Part shown: positions 1 through 13,700 of the stretch, piece after piece
How positions within the stretch are numbered: the first letter of the stretch is position 1
How the letters are laid out: each line of letters begins with the position of its first letter
Source of the DNA: Tubiluchus corallicola
Taxonomy: Eukaryota; Animalia; Priapulida
DNA: 64,000 bases
Reading direction: 5' to 3'
Assembly: GCA_030141605.1 (NCBI GenBank)
Contig: JAQGDQ010000257.1
Span: forward strand, 245,897-309,896
The notes under the pieces: model-generated
What the model saw: only the letters and a program-made list of their open reading frames with translations
Told to the model about the DNA's origin: nothing
The model's database searches: none
Made by a program: the position numbers and the translations under genes

Positions 1-1486
1 TGCAAAAGCGTTTCTGATAATTAAATAATAGATTAAAAATTTAATTAACAGGGTGCGAGCTCAACCATTGATGACATCACACACTAACGTAATATTCAGC
101 AACAAAAATATTCCACGGGCATGTTGCACGTGTTTGCAAAAGTGAAAATTGAAGTACAGTGCTACTGTAAGATATTCAGTGTGTTGTACTAAAACTCGGC
201 AAGTTTTAGATAAAAATTCAAATTTCAAGTTTACCGCCGTGCCCACGCTCGAGCTGTCGAACGTGTGTAGTTTGTCACAAACTAACACATCTGAACTGAG
301 AGGTACAGCACCTGTTTTTTGTGCAATGCATTTCCGAAATGCAGGTGCTAGTGTCTGTTTAACTAGCTAATGGCGAAATGCATTTAACAGTGAAGAACTA
401 GTGGCACGAACGCGAAAGTGTATTTATGTGGAGATAATTCTTTCACGCAAGTCATTTTTGAAAAAAATAGTATCATTCCTTTCAATATTTTAAAGAGTAG
501 TTTGTTTTGACCTACAGTTTAAGATTGGGACCAGATTTGCTTTAACAAGCATGTACATACAAAGGTAAAAAATGTTTTTGTTTTTAAGTGTTTTTGTGCA
601 CATCAATAGTTGTAGGCACAATTTAGTGCAGAGTAAATGCAGGGACTTTCACCAGTATTTAACGAGTTCATTATATACTCTGCCATGACTCGTACACATG
701 TGAAGGTTTTACCTCAGTAAAGTATTAGTTGTGATAAGTGCTGGATTTTATTATATGCAAATTTATGTGCCAATCACGGATTTGACATACACAATCATGA
801 TTTTATTATAAACATGATCACAACGAAATCTAATGTCAAAACGTAGCTGAGATAGGGTTCATTCCTGTCAGGCAAGATTTGGTACAAAAATACACAATAA
901 CGATACAGGAAAGTGTAAAACAGTGCCACGAAAATCGTGATACCAAAATGTGAATGTATTGTTAAGGGATAAATTATGAAATTGTTGAGTCTCGGTAACT
1001 TCGTTGCACACACATATATATATATATATATCAATAAACAGTACATACTACTGATTAGATATAATATAAATATCTTGATTTATTTTGCTTGATTTTAAAC
1101 ATCTGCATATTTATAATTTACCACTGTAGTTACATGGCCACCTTATCAACAGCAAGACAACGTATTTCTATGAAGACAATATTGCAACTGTAGTAAAAAT
1201 GATCGTCATAGTTTTAGCACCGAGAAGCCGATTGCTTTTATACATTTGAGAGTTTACAAAGTTAGAGGGATGAAATTGATTGTTCACACAAGTTTATCGG
1301 TGACATTACCTAAATGTGCTAAACCCATAATTAAACTGGCAGCTGCTCCTCGAAGCTGTTTACTCTAATTTCTTTTCTCAAAGAATGACACTATGTACAA
1401 TCATGGGGTCTCTGTAAACACTTTAGTTGATACAAAGTTAAGTACTGCTAAACATGATATGTTGCTGATAATTAATTGAAAATGAA

Positions 1487-1631
1487 AGTAGTAGTAGCAG
1501 TGGAGGTAGTAATTGTAGCAGCAGCAGAAGTAGTAGTAGTAGTAGTAGTAGCAGTAGTAGTAGTGGAGGTAGTAATAGTAGTAGCAACAGCAGCAGCAGC
1601 AGTAGTAGTGGAGGTAGTAATAGTAGCAGCA
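1487..1631. repeat. Compound (GTA/GCA)n trinucleotide microsatellite in the TMEM223 3' UTR
   Basis: Directly visible; begins 3-4 nt beyond the TMEM223 stop codon. Confidence 0.9.
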
Positions 1632-1634
1632 CTT

Positions 1635-3662
1635 TTACACTTTTTTCCAGGAACGTTTCATACCGATCGAGTAATCAAACAGTTTCGTATTATAAAATTC
1701 CCCTTTCCTTGCATCTAACAAGTAATAAAATGCTCGGCCTCGTATTTTAAGAGGAAATGATGTTGTTCCGACTTGACGAGACATGTAGGAACTGATATCT
1801 GTTAAAGGCTTAACAAATGGCCGTTTACGACCAAAGACACCATATGTTGTGACGCGTACTGATTTGCCACCTTTCAAAAGATGAAGAGTGTGAACAGATC
1901 TTAAACTATAGAAGAAGGAACCAAACAGAATCCCATAACCTGAAATAAATATTACAATAGATATTTAGAATATATTTTGTGCCACGTTTCATGATCTACC
2001 TCACGTGCAAATTTTATAAAAAGTGTTATTTATGCTAACTCGTACTATCACCACTTATTCAAGAGAAACTAAATCCATATATTAAAGCAAATAGCCAAAA
2101 GCTTGCATAAGGAATATCATGTCAAGCAATGCAATTCTCACAAATGAAAAAAATTCCAACTAACGTTGTACAAGTGTTACAATGAAACCACTCAAGTGAA
2201 TTAATCCTGCATCTTTATTCTCCAATTTATTTATCTGTTCTTTAATAAGCATATATATTAGTCTAACAAATACATAGGGTGCATTATCATACGTTTGTAT
2301 ATATGAAATTAACTTAAACAGCACCTATTTTGTTTACTTGATTGTAGATCGTGGAACTGGGTTTGTAAATAAATGCCAATAAATGACACTTATTGGCTAA
2401 AACACAACCTTAAAATACGAATGAAGAAGAAAATAAATTAAGTAAAGTTTCACCAGCCTTCCTGATCAGTCGTAATTCATTTGTTAGCTGAGAAAAACTA
2501 ATGCAAGGTTATAGCAGCCCAGAATTAGACAACAAAGCCAATTCAGCTCATTTCTGTTGAAAGAATACTACCCACTGTGACGACTGTTTACCTTTGTTAA
2601 GTGTGCACCTTAGGAGAATGTTTTCTTTCCTTTACTATCATACACCTGCAAACTTTCACACATCAGGCATGTGTCACACACATTTTAGGTCTTTCACACC
2701 TACACATGCATCAAATTTCAGTTCTCATGCATTTCGCAACTTCACTCGCAAATTTGCAAATTACCTGGCTTCCTTTGCCTAAAGTACCAACAACAACACA
2801 ATCAGCAGTATTAGTCTCAATAATAAAGTGGCGTTCGTGAGTCTCAATATGTATGTTACACTAAATTGTATTATAATTATTAAAAATTAAGTATTTTTAG
2901 GTGGTACTGAACCTTTTACATGTGTTCAAATGAACATATTAATATATAAAGAACTGCAAGAACTACAATAACAAAAAGTTACCTTACTTTTGGCCTTAAT
3001 TTGTTGATAACTTCATTTTGATACCCAAAAAAGCAAAACTTTCTGGGGTATAATTCGCCCCCCTTGGACACCTGCCAAGTGCAAAGTACCGCGGGCTTTC
3101 TACATTAACCACTCCTCTTTATGTCAAATGGTGGCAGGTCTGAATAGTTTGTGTGCACAGAAATCTCATATTTAATTGTATTTTAGAAAAACTCACCTAA
3201 AACTCCACAGAATAATGCTATTCCTATTCTATTCACATCCTTTCCAAGGTTTATCGTTTGCCACCATGATAATTTCTCATAGTCTGTGCGCTTGTCATTT
3301 CCTGTGGCCAACTTATCACCAACTTTCACTTTTCTTTGCTCCACTGTCTTTTTTTCTACATCTCGAAGAGTTGAATAAGTAAATGTTGAAAAGTATGACC
3401 AAAATAAAAACTGAGATATGCCAAACAATGACAACCACCAAAAGAATCGATCATTGTCACATTTAAATAGCAGCACATCTTTGGATACGTTTGTGTCCAC
3501 TTCAAATGGCAGAGTGTGCAACTGTGAGTTGCTGCGATGTTTTACATGTTGATGAAATAACTTTGGTCGACCAGCTAATTGCACATTTTTGACACATGAT
3601 TGAAGGTTTATAAAGATGTTGTTTTGGTGAAAAGGCCACATCCAGCATCGCAAGAAAGCCAT
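1635..3662 (-). CDS. TMEM223: Transmembrane protein 223 (mitochondrial inner membrane), 2 coding exons: complement(join(1635..1939,3197..3662)), 256 aa
   Basis: Exon 1 runs from ATG 3662 to donor G|gtgagt at 3197/3196. Exon 2 acceptor tttcag| is at 1939 and the phase-1 junction is in frame. Motifs KDVLLFKCDNDRFFWWLSLFGISQFLFW, SLRSVHTLHLLKGGKSVRVTT and FPLKIRGRAFYYLLD..GEFYNTKLFDYSIG match TMEM223 as recalled (RDVLLF..RFF, LRSV..L.GG, PLKVKGRRFYFLLD..G.F.NTKLFD). Confidence 0.92.
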
Positions 3663-4759
3663 TTCATCATGCGATGAAAAAACTTTACACTACACACTTT
3701 ATTTGCACCAAAATGGTATAGACAGCTGTATAATGTACAATGTTCTAAAAATAAAAAGTCACGATTTTTTATGAATTAAGAATACAGGGTGCAAATTGAA
3801 AAATTAATTTCTCCACAATTACATGTAGTTATGTGTACAATCAGTAACTACTGCAGGTCATATCTTGCTTACAAGCTTTGGCTTTAGACGTTTCATAGGC
3901 CGTATAACTGTGTAGTTTGTTAGATCCATGGCTATATCATATGATTTCTTGAGGTATGACATGTTTGAACTGATTTCAGCTTTAAAAGTCCACTTTAATA
4001 AAGATTTTTACCACTACCACTTTAATAAAGATCATTACCACTTCGACCATTGCCCTACTTCAGTACTGACCTATACATTAACAATAGCCATAGATAATAA
4101 AACGGTTAGTATTAAAATGTGCTAGTTCATTGAATGAGTCAAACCCAACAACCTACACATAAAGTTTCGTAAATTAAACAAATAGCGTCAACTGTCGCAA
4201 TAGGACTTTAAAAAGACTTACAAGTTTGTCACTGCAAGCAGGCTTGGTGTTTTTCAAAAGTTCATAATCTACATCAAGCTACAAGAACTAGGAATGGTAA
4301 AAAACACAATTTAACAATGGCCGCAGCCATTTTTTAAAAATACATGTAAACGATGATTTGATTCGACACACTGATTGGTCAACATATAAAAGTCGACTTG
4401 TGTGTGGTTAGAAAAAACAGCTCGGCCACGCCTTCTAAAACTCGCGTGTGCGCACAACATCTGCGCAAAACCCACGTGGCGCGAGAAAACAGATAACTTC
4501 AGAAAACAAGACGGCGGAGCTGTCATCTCATAATGCAGATAATGGTGATCCTTAGGAGATAGACTCATAGATTACATTCACTAAGAAGATTTGAAAAATG
4601 TGACTAGTGGAAGGCGCTATATACATTACATATGAGACAGACTCAAGACAGTTCCTTGTTCTAGTGTAGGTTCTGCAACTTTTACAATGGTCCAAAACAA
4701 AAAGATGGATCGTTTAAGGCAATAGACGGAGTTTTGTAATCGTTAGCCATTCAAATTCA
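3663..4759. promoter_or_regulatory. Putative bidirectional promoter between divergent TMEM223 and GALNT
   Basis: The start codons diverge about 1.1 kb apart. A CpG-rich patch at about 4420-4520 carries TGCGCA (NRF1-like half sites), CACGTG and GGCGCGAGAAA (E2F-like). A CCAAT on the minus strand (ctgattgg) lies at about 4371. Confidence 0.55.
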
Positions 4760-7700
4760 ATGGCAGTTTGGCGCAAGAAGAGATTATTACTTCTCGTCTT
4801 TCTCACTGGATGGATGGTTGGTGTAGCAATTTATGGTGTACACCATGCAAATGGAGTAGAGACTGAGGAAGAGTGGGATAGTTCTCCATGGCCAAATGTC
4901 AGACGATCAGGAAGAACATTGAAAAAGGTATGCAAAGCAGCAAAGGGTAGGCCTAATTACATTTAGCCATCTTCACCGTATTTAGGAAAATTTTAGAGTA
5001 TAAACTGAGTAAAACTGCAACATATTGATTGATTTTGACAGCAAGAGAGGGAGAGAGAAATGTATGTTATGTTACTATATGCGGCAAAACACATTCACGC
5101 ATTGTGCAGCAATATAACCTCTTTAAAATATGGCACATTAGTTACCATTAGGGTATATAATAGCATGATTTAGCAACGTAAAAGTAATTGAAAGAGACTA
5201 TAACAGCGTTTGACCATACATGTACGGTTAAGTCTTGTTGTCTTGCTCCATTTTGAGCTCTTTATGCTGCCTTGTTGTTCATAATGTCCTAAAAATTTAA
5301 TAATTAATGAAAATTTAACAAGTAATAGTTTAGTTCTGGTAAATGGTAATGCGTAAGTTTAATCACTGACCTCGTCAAATTTGAAAGGTATGTTAACAAA
5401 TGTCTTTGACTGCTACTCCATCAAGGTAAATGCTAGCCAGTGCCTACTTCATTTTGTACTGCTTTCTACTCTGAATCTAACCTATGCTTTATTGTTAATT
5501 TGTTAACATTTGATATGAACCAAGTGCTGGTGACTAACTAAAGGTAATTTTATGAGAGTATTTTGTCCCGTCGTCCGCCTGATCGTCAGCGCGCACTTCA
5601 TTTTTCTACCTACTTTTATGCGAAGATTATGTGTAACAATACAATACACAAGTCAGTAACAGTGGAGTGTGGACACAGTTTCCTTTAAAAAGCTTCTTTG
5701 ATTTGTTTAAACAACCGCGCCTGCACTTAACCGTGAGCAAATAATATCAACGCAAATTATCTTTTTTGATCAAACAAAAAGTTATTTTCACATGGCACAG
5801 AAATTCGCATGGTCGTCCACGTGATTCAAAGCGATAAGTCAAAAGATGCCAAACTATTTATATCGTTATAATATTATGAGCTTTTGCTTTTTATCGTTTG
5901 ATGTTGAAATCAATTGCCATTTTTCTTCGTTTACATGCAAAATCCCCTGCAACTTGCGTTTTAGCTACTGTATCTTGACAGGCACGCTGCCGTGTCAATT
6001 CTTCTGACCTTACGGGCTCATCTCCAGGGCAGATCTATAATCGCAGGCGAGTTGGTGAATTGGTGACGTACATCTACGCATAGCTCAAAACACCATTCTC
6101 TCCCAAATCTAAAGCCGCTCTTGAATCTTGACCCATTCCTCCCTCTAGTTCCCAAGGGTGTTCACACCTACGCATCAACACAAAGCTAATTATCTCACCA
6201 AGGTAGGTAAGGCGGATGGCTTATTGTGTTCCCGGCCACTGGATTATTTTTTCAACGCTTGTTGGGTAGGAAAACATTTGCTGAGTGATTACTCGCTAGT
6301 CTGGGATTGCAAATTTGCCCGTTTCAACGCAAATAAAATTTACAACGGCAGAAGCGTCTGCAGCTCAGAAATATAAATTTTACGCGCATTAGCTAAGTAA
6401 CATCAGTTATTGACACCATAGTGTCCATTAAAAAACATCTGATGAGTGGCAGTCACATCTAATTTCCAGAAATTTTCTTGATTGAAGCAGTACAAGCTTT
6501 AGCATTGCGTGCTCTCAAAAGCACTAGTACTTGGGTGAATAACTTGAGAAGTCATTAGTTATCACGAATAGTTTACACGGCAAACTTTGTTAATTAATGT
6601 GTATTTGCAGAAATAATTGTTTTTTATGTGTCTCCGACTATAAGCCTAGTTTTTGTTGTTTCATTTTTTGTATTATATTTCTAGGTTTTTTCCGTGCATG
6701 ACGTCTATTATGATTTTTTTCCTGAAAAAAGTTTCTATTTCATCTTTTGTAGTCAGATTTTTCTCGGATAAATATCACGATCCCTGATTATGTTTATGAT
6801 ATGGTACACACTCAATTTTGTGCCACTGTCGACGTCATTTGCTCAAAGAATTTTTCTTATTGAAACAATGCTTATTGAAACAATCCTTACCCGTCGAAAA
6901 ACCGGTCACAAATTAGAAACAAATTTTCGAAAAGCGAATGCTTAATGGCTACATTCCCGGGCAGAAGTTATAAATAACTCGACTGAAATGATGGTAATGA
7001 GCTAGCTGTTAACAGATTGTAAATACGCGTTTACATTTGCTATGGGGATCCATATTTTGGTGAAATTTTAATACGCATTGTTTTCCTCGCGGAGTTTTGT
7101 AAGATCCAAAGTTTTGAATTACATGAATGAGAACCACAACGCGGCGAAATGTGGAGTTATTCGCAAGTAAGAGTCTCAAAAAGTGACAACTGTACTGTAA
7201 AAGTATAGGCAAGGACCTCTTTTAAGTTTTTAACTTAGATCATCTCAAAAAGTGACAACTGTACTGTAGAAGTATAGGCAAGGCCCCCTTTAAAGTTTTT
7301 AACTTAGATCATCTCAAAAAGTGACAACTGTACTGTAGAAGTATAGGCAAGGACTTCTTTTAAGTTTTTAACTTAGATCATTTAAGTAATTTGGCTAAAT
7401 CGCTTACTCTCACGTACCTGGTTGTCATATTACATTATACTCTGATTACAGAATCTTTAAGTTTGTAAATTTGCATGCTTACTGTCTTAGGAATTTTTGT
7501 TTTTAATCTGTATCACTAGACAATATTTTATTAATAGTTTAAATTCGTGTCGTTAATTTTTAAATTAACTGCCAATTTTATTATATTGTGACAAGTAATG
7601 AGACGCAGTGTTTTGCTCTTCAAAAATAAAATATTAATTAACTAATTACTTGGCTGTTATGTGTACATATTAAGTAGATAATATTTGGGAAATGTAGGAA

Positions 7701-10700
7701 TAACCAGCTGAAATTTTGAAGCAATAATGGTTGTCTATAAATAAATTATAACTGACAGGTGATGAAATATTTATGCATGTTTAAGTAATGTCTCAGCAGT
7801 CTCATCCTCGGTTATATATTATGGTCCAAGGCCAATTCCATGGGGAAGCATAACTTCTTTACTGTATTTAATCATGCTGGCAGAGGTAGTCCGTTTGGCT
7901 TCTCAAGTAATCGATAATTATTACGATGTCTAACCCATGACAGCGGGTAGTCACTTGCGGGCTTAGCAATCAAGGTTAAGAAACGCCGAGTTTGGTGAGA
8001 AAGTAGAGGAGCGACCGTCCGAATGGATGGCTACGGCTGTCCGTATGTGGACCTCAATTGGTAGAGGAAGAGGAAGGATATATCCTTGGCTAGAATACCT
8101 TCGTCGATGCAGTCTCCTCGTAGACATTCATATGTCGCCTCAACCATGTAATGATGAAGTAGGCTTATGGAGTAGGCTTATACAGAATTATACAGAGAAA
8201 TAATTAGTTTACGTTTGTAAGAAAAAACATAACATAGCTCTGCTTAAAAACCAGAAATTATATTGCGACTTGTGTATGAACTACACTTATTGCTGCTATT
8301 ATAAATTGTACAGTACTTGTCATTTGTGTACGCGACTTTATGGTATCACTTCATGTTAAGCAAACACTACTTACTAGCAATACACCGTACAGGTAACATA
8401 TGAATTTTTTATCAAATAATCTAGTCTTTGACGCTTATTAATGTCATTTCTGAGAGCTGCCTAAGGAGTACTAATGCCTATAAACCAGTATCAATTTATG
8501 GTAATTTATGATCATTAATGTGAAATAAGTAGATTGAACAAACATTCTTGCATTTATTACATCTTTGGTTAAAACTTTTTTATCAGTCAACTGACTGTAT
8601 ACATGCGACTGTGTTAAATTAGTATTTGTAACATTTTTTGCGTCGTACGGTAGTCCATATTGAACTTTGCTTGTTTTTAGCTCAGTTAATACTTAGACTG
8701 GATTTAGTGGAAGCAATTATTTGTGCTAAAATAGAATTTAAAAATTGTATCAACGACTGCATGACGTCATATTCAACCTATGACCACAAGAGCGGAAATT
8801 GTAGATACATGTACATGTACTCATCCTGTTAGAGGCTGAGGATACAAGTGCTCTGTGTTCCTTTGCTCGCCATGTTGCCTACGGGTTGAGTTGACAAAAT
8901 TTCTAACGTCGCTGAGCTCAAGCAAAAAACCATTCAGAAGCTTTTGAGTCGGTGTAGTTGCGTGTATTTTCTGTACACAGAAACTCTAATCTGCGTTTTT
9001 TGTAGTGTATTGTACTCATGTCGTTGTCTTGTAGTGCTTAGCTACTCATATAGCCCAAGGTGTGCGTTAGGCTGTATTCTAAAATGTCTGATTAAAAAAA
9101 CTACAATTGGACTAAGTTGGTTACTATTTTTTGTTCCTTTATAAAAACATTCTCAGTTTAAGTTCGCTCAGAGGTTCACAACAGTCTGTGACATTTATCG
9201 AGATGTTTACTACAAATATCTACAAAGTGTGTTTCCTAATTTTTGCGAATTGTGTGTCAGTTGTGATTAATTTATCTTAACGCATTCATCTGATAGCATA
9301 TGCCTTTTTTAAAGTCTAAGTAATATACTTTTTGAATGGTCATCGCGGGGGTTTAAATTGACATTTTTTTCTACGGTGTTACTGCTAACGCAACTCCTGT
9401 GTGCAATAAGACAGCATGTAAGTGATACAAAATTTCAAAACGAATTTTTTAACTTTATACAGGTATGTAAGTAAAGGATTGTCTTGTCCTTTAAAGTCAT
9501 CCTTGATAATAAGCAAGGTTCCAGTCCCGCCACAGAAACTCTTCTCTTTAAGTAGAACCTCAGCGAGTACTGCATTGCATTTTACAGTGGAATTGTATGT
9601 GTATTAAAAATGCCTGGAGAAAAATCTGATGCGCCTCTCTTCTTCACCTGGCTAGTGGCTGTGAATGAAGACTGCAGCCAGACACTTCATTGTCGTAAAT
9701 ATAGTGTCATCTGGCTTCAAGAAAATGACATCTCATTCAACCTAAAGCTATATTGATTGCACTTTGCGTTTCTTCTCTTAATGCAGGTTTCTACAGCCGC
9801 GCTGTCTTGCCTTTGCATGAGAATCTCTTAGAATCGTGTGTAGGCTCCTATTGTAGCATGCAGGGTGTCCAAGCAATTGATGGCACACCCATACAGATGT
9901 ACAAGCAAGTGATGGCACACCCATACAGATGTACAAGCAATTGATGGCACACCCATGCAGATGTACAAGCAATGGATGGCACACCCGTACAGATGTACAA
10001 GCAACTGATGGCACACCCATACAGATGTACAAGCAACTGATGGCACACCTATACAGATGTACAAGCAATTGATGGCACTTCCATACAGATGTACAAGCAA
10101 TTGATGGCACACCCGTACAGATGTACAAGCAATTGATGGCACACCCATGCAGATGTACAAGCAAGTGATGGCACACCCATACAGATGTACAAGCAACTGA
10201 TGGCACACCTATACAGATGTACAAGCAATTGATGGCACTTCCATACAGATGTACAAGCAATTGATGGCACACCCGTACAGATGTACAAGCAATTGATGGC
10301 ACACCCATGCAGATGTACAAGCAAGTGATGGCACACCCATACAGATGTACAAGCAACTGATGGCACACCTATACAGATGTACAAGCAATTGATGGCACTT
10401 CCATACAGATGTACAAGCAATTGATGGCACACCCGTACAGATGTACAAGCAATTGATGGCACACCCATGCAGATGTACAAGCAAGTGATGGCACACCCAT
10501 ACAGATGTACAAGCAACTGATGGCACACCTATACAGATGTACAAGCAATTGATGGCACTTCCATACAGATGTACAAGCAATTGATGGCACACCCGTACAG
10601 ATGTACAAGCAATTGATGGCACACCCATGCAGATGTACAAGCAAGTGATGGCACACCCATACAGATGTACAAGCAACTGATGGCACACCCATACAGATGT

Positions 10701-13700
10701 ACAAGCAATTGATGGCACTTCCATACAGATGTACAAGCAATTGATGGCACACCTATACAGATGTACAAGCAATTGATGGCACACCCATACAGATGTACAA
10801 GCAATTGATGGCACACCCATACAGATGTACAAGCAATTGATGGCACACCCATACAGATGTACAAGCAATTGATGACACACCTATACAGATGTACAAGCAA
10901 TTGATGGCACACCCGTACAGATGTACAAGCAAGTGATGGCTCACCCGTACAGATGTACAAGCAATTGATGGCACTCCCATACAGATGTACAAGCAATTGA
11001 TGGCACACCCGTACAGATGTACAAGCAATTGATGGCACACCCATACAGATGTACAAGCAATTGATGGCACACCCGTACAGATGTACAAGCAATTGATGGC
11101 ACACCCGTACAGATGTACAAGCAATTGATGGCACACCCATACAGATGTACAAGCAATTGATGGCACACCCATACAGATGTACAAGCAATTGATGGCACAC
11201 CCATACAGATGTACAAGCAATTGATGGCACACCCATACAGATGTACAAGCAATTGATGACACACCCGTACAGATGTACAAGCAATTGATGGCACACCCGT
11301 ACAGATGTACAAGCAATTGATGGCACTCCCATGCAGATGTACAAGCAATTGATAGCACTCCTACACAGATGTACAAGCAACTGTTAGGATCTAAGGCACA
11401 TATTAATTAAGTGCCTTAATTATAGGTTTCTGATTTATTTTCTAGTTTTAAAGCCAGCAAAAGTGAGACAGAGGGGCAGAGAAAGAATGAATGAGTGAGT
11501 GAGAGTGGGAGAAACAGAGAGGGGGACGGTCGGACGGACATTCATGCACTTTTCTGCATGTAGTGTGTTTCAGTTTAAACCCTGTGCGGAAAAAAAACAT
11601 CCACGTTTTCGTGAATTTTTACCTTGCATGCGGAATAATTCTCAGAATCTCAGTATACTTAGATCGCTCAGAGCACATTCGCCTGTTTTGTTATAGGCTT
11701 CATCGTATCACTTTCACAACACTGCGTACATTGCGCCTGCATGGATATAGTTTTGTTATGGACATCGAAACAGTTTTCGTGAAAATATAAAAACGACATG
11801 ACACTTACATAAAAATGGAATAAAAAATGAATTGAATAGAATTGAATTGAATACGTTGCGACTTCAGAGTGTTTATACTACGTGTTCATTTCGATTTTCT
11901 ACTGCGACTCAGTACCACTCTGTATTAGCATTTATTTCCTACTTTTCCCAAGCATCATAATAACTTTCTTCCATTGCATATAAGGTTAAAATCCCTTGGT
12001 GCATTTATCACAACTTTCACATCAAAATAAAAATTGATGAATCTTGGATTTTGAGTACCACCAGTCCAAGGTTAACAACATCACAATGAATTTCTCGCTT
12101 GAAACGTCACAGCTTTCGATGCTCCATTACGAACCACGCAAAAGTTGCGGCTTTGCTGCGAGTTTTCTATGAAAACCGTTTTATTTAATATCCGATATAC
12201 GTCAAATCTCTCACGCACATTCAAGTAAAATCTGATGGATAAATAATTGTGAATCGCAAAGAGGATTTAAAACGTTGTTATTGTATAGCCTGGGGAAGCT
12301 GTGTGTGCGAAGACGTTCTGAGTCGATAGATGGATTATTTGCCTGACTTGACACCCTCCTCCTTATACGTCTTTGCTCACCAATATGCACTCATATGATA
12401 GGACAAAATCATTTGCGTTTGCAGGGCAGCTAACGCAGCTTTGTATCCCATACGGCCAATGCAGTCTGAATTCAGCAACCGCCCAAGTACAACTGTACAA
12501 CAGAGTAAAATATCGTTCCTAGGGCAACTTTTCAGGTAGGCAAGATTGACCAGAACCTTTATGTCGATTAGGCGATCTTTAATTGTGTGTCTGGAAAGCA
12601 ATTACCAAAATAGAATAATTTATTTCGCTACTGTACTCTAATAGGCCTGTATGCGGTATTTTAACTGATACGGTTATAATGTAATCTGACAAAGTTTAGT
12701 TTGGCCTTGAGAAATTTTGAGTAGTGACCCCCGACCTCGATCTTCACCCAGGTCTTCTGCATGCTCTTGGTACGCTGGCATTTATTTGGCTTATTGCAGT
12801 GATATACTCTGCTCATGCAGGAACGATGGTGTTACGTTTATAAGCTGACTACTTTGACTACTTTGAGCTCTCAGATAATATGAAAAAAACCAAAGGCAGG
12901 ACACTAGGTAACCTGGGTGAGCGAGATTTGCCCACCAAAAGACCTATTTCTCTGCTACATGCTATCTATACTTCAAATTCAGATTAAATTGAATTAACAG
13001 TGCTCAAGTTATTTCACCTTTGGTAATCACAACAATAACGACAACAACAACAACATGAAATCAATGGTTTATGGAAGTGCTGACGCAGCAAAATATTGTT
13101 GTGGCAATCTATTTATAAACCTATCGGAATTATAGTCGACTTACTATTTTCTGGGACAAACTTGTTTACGAAATTCAGGCAGTGTATTTTCTCTGTCTCA
13201 TTTGAATTGACTGAGTTCACGCTGTTCTTACAGTTTCCCATTCTTCGATTAGTTTTCGAGTACTTGCATTAATTTATACTGTCTCATCTGACAGATCTAT
13301 AATTACTCCCTATCAACGTCAAGCTGTCACGCGTCTAGTTCGTCCCGCCTTCCCACTTTACTTGTCTAGCGATGAAATCTATGCCGCCAAAATAAGAAAT
13401 CGTGTGGCGTTTATTCACATTTAAAATAAATAGTAATTCTAACATTTCATGAGTAAATAGGTTTGAGTCATCCCGGCTATCCTGCGTCAGTAGTAGTTTG
13501 CATAGTCCTGTTATACGAGTTATCTTATTATTTAAATAGTGACTGCAGGATGAATAACTTTATTCACATTTAAAATAAATAGTAATTCTAGCATTTCATG
13601 AGTAAGTAGGTTTGAGTCATCCCTGGCTATCCTGCGTCAGTAGTAGTTTGCATAGTCCTGTTATACGAATTATCTTACTATTTAAATAGTGACTGCAGGA

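Noticed and set aside
1-570. Possible plus-strand exons at the window start (ttaacag|GG at about 52; ctacag|...|gtaaaa at about 518-564)
   Set aside because: No recognisable protein, and no consistent open frame can be established without upstream sequence.
9778-11380. Long Cys-rich minus-strand ORFs ([32 protein letters not shown] repeats) and a CRISPR-like appearance
   Set aside because: These are translations of the 32-bp satellite cycling through all three frames. A stop-free 32-mer is unremarkable, and there are no unique spacers or cas genes.
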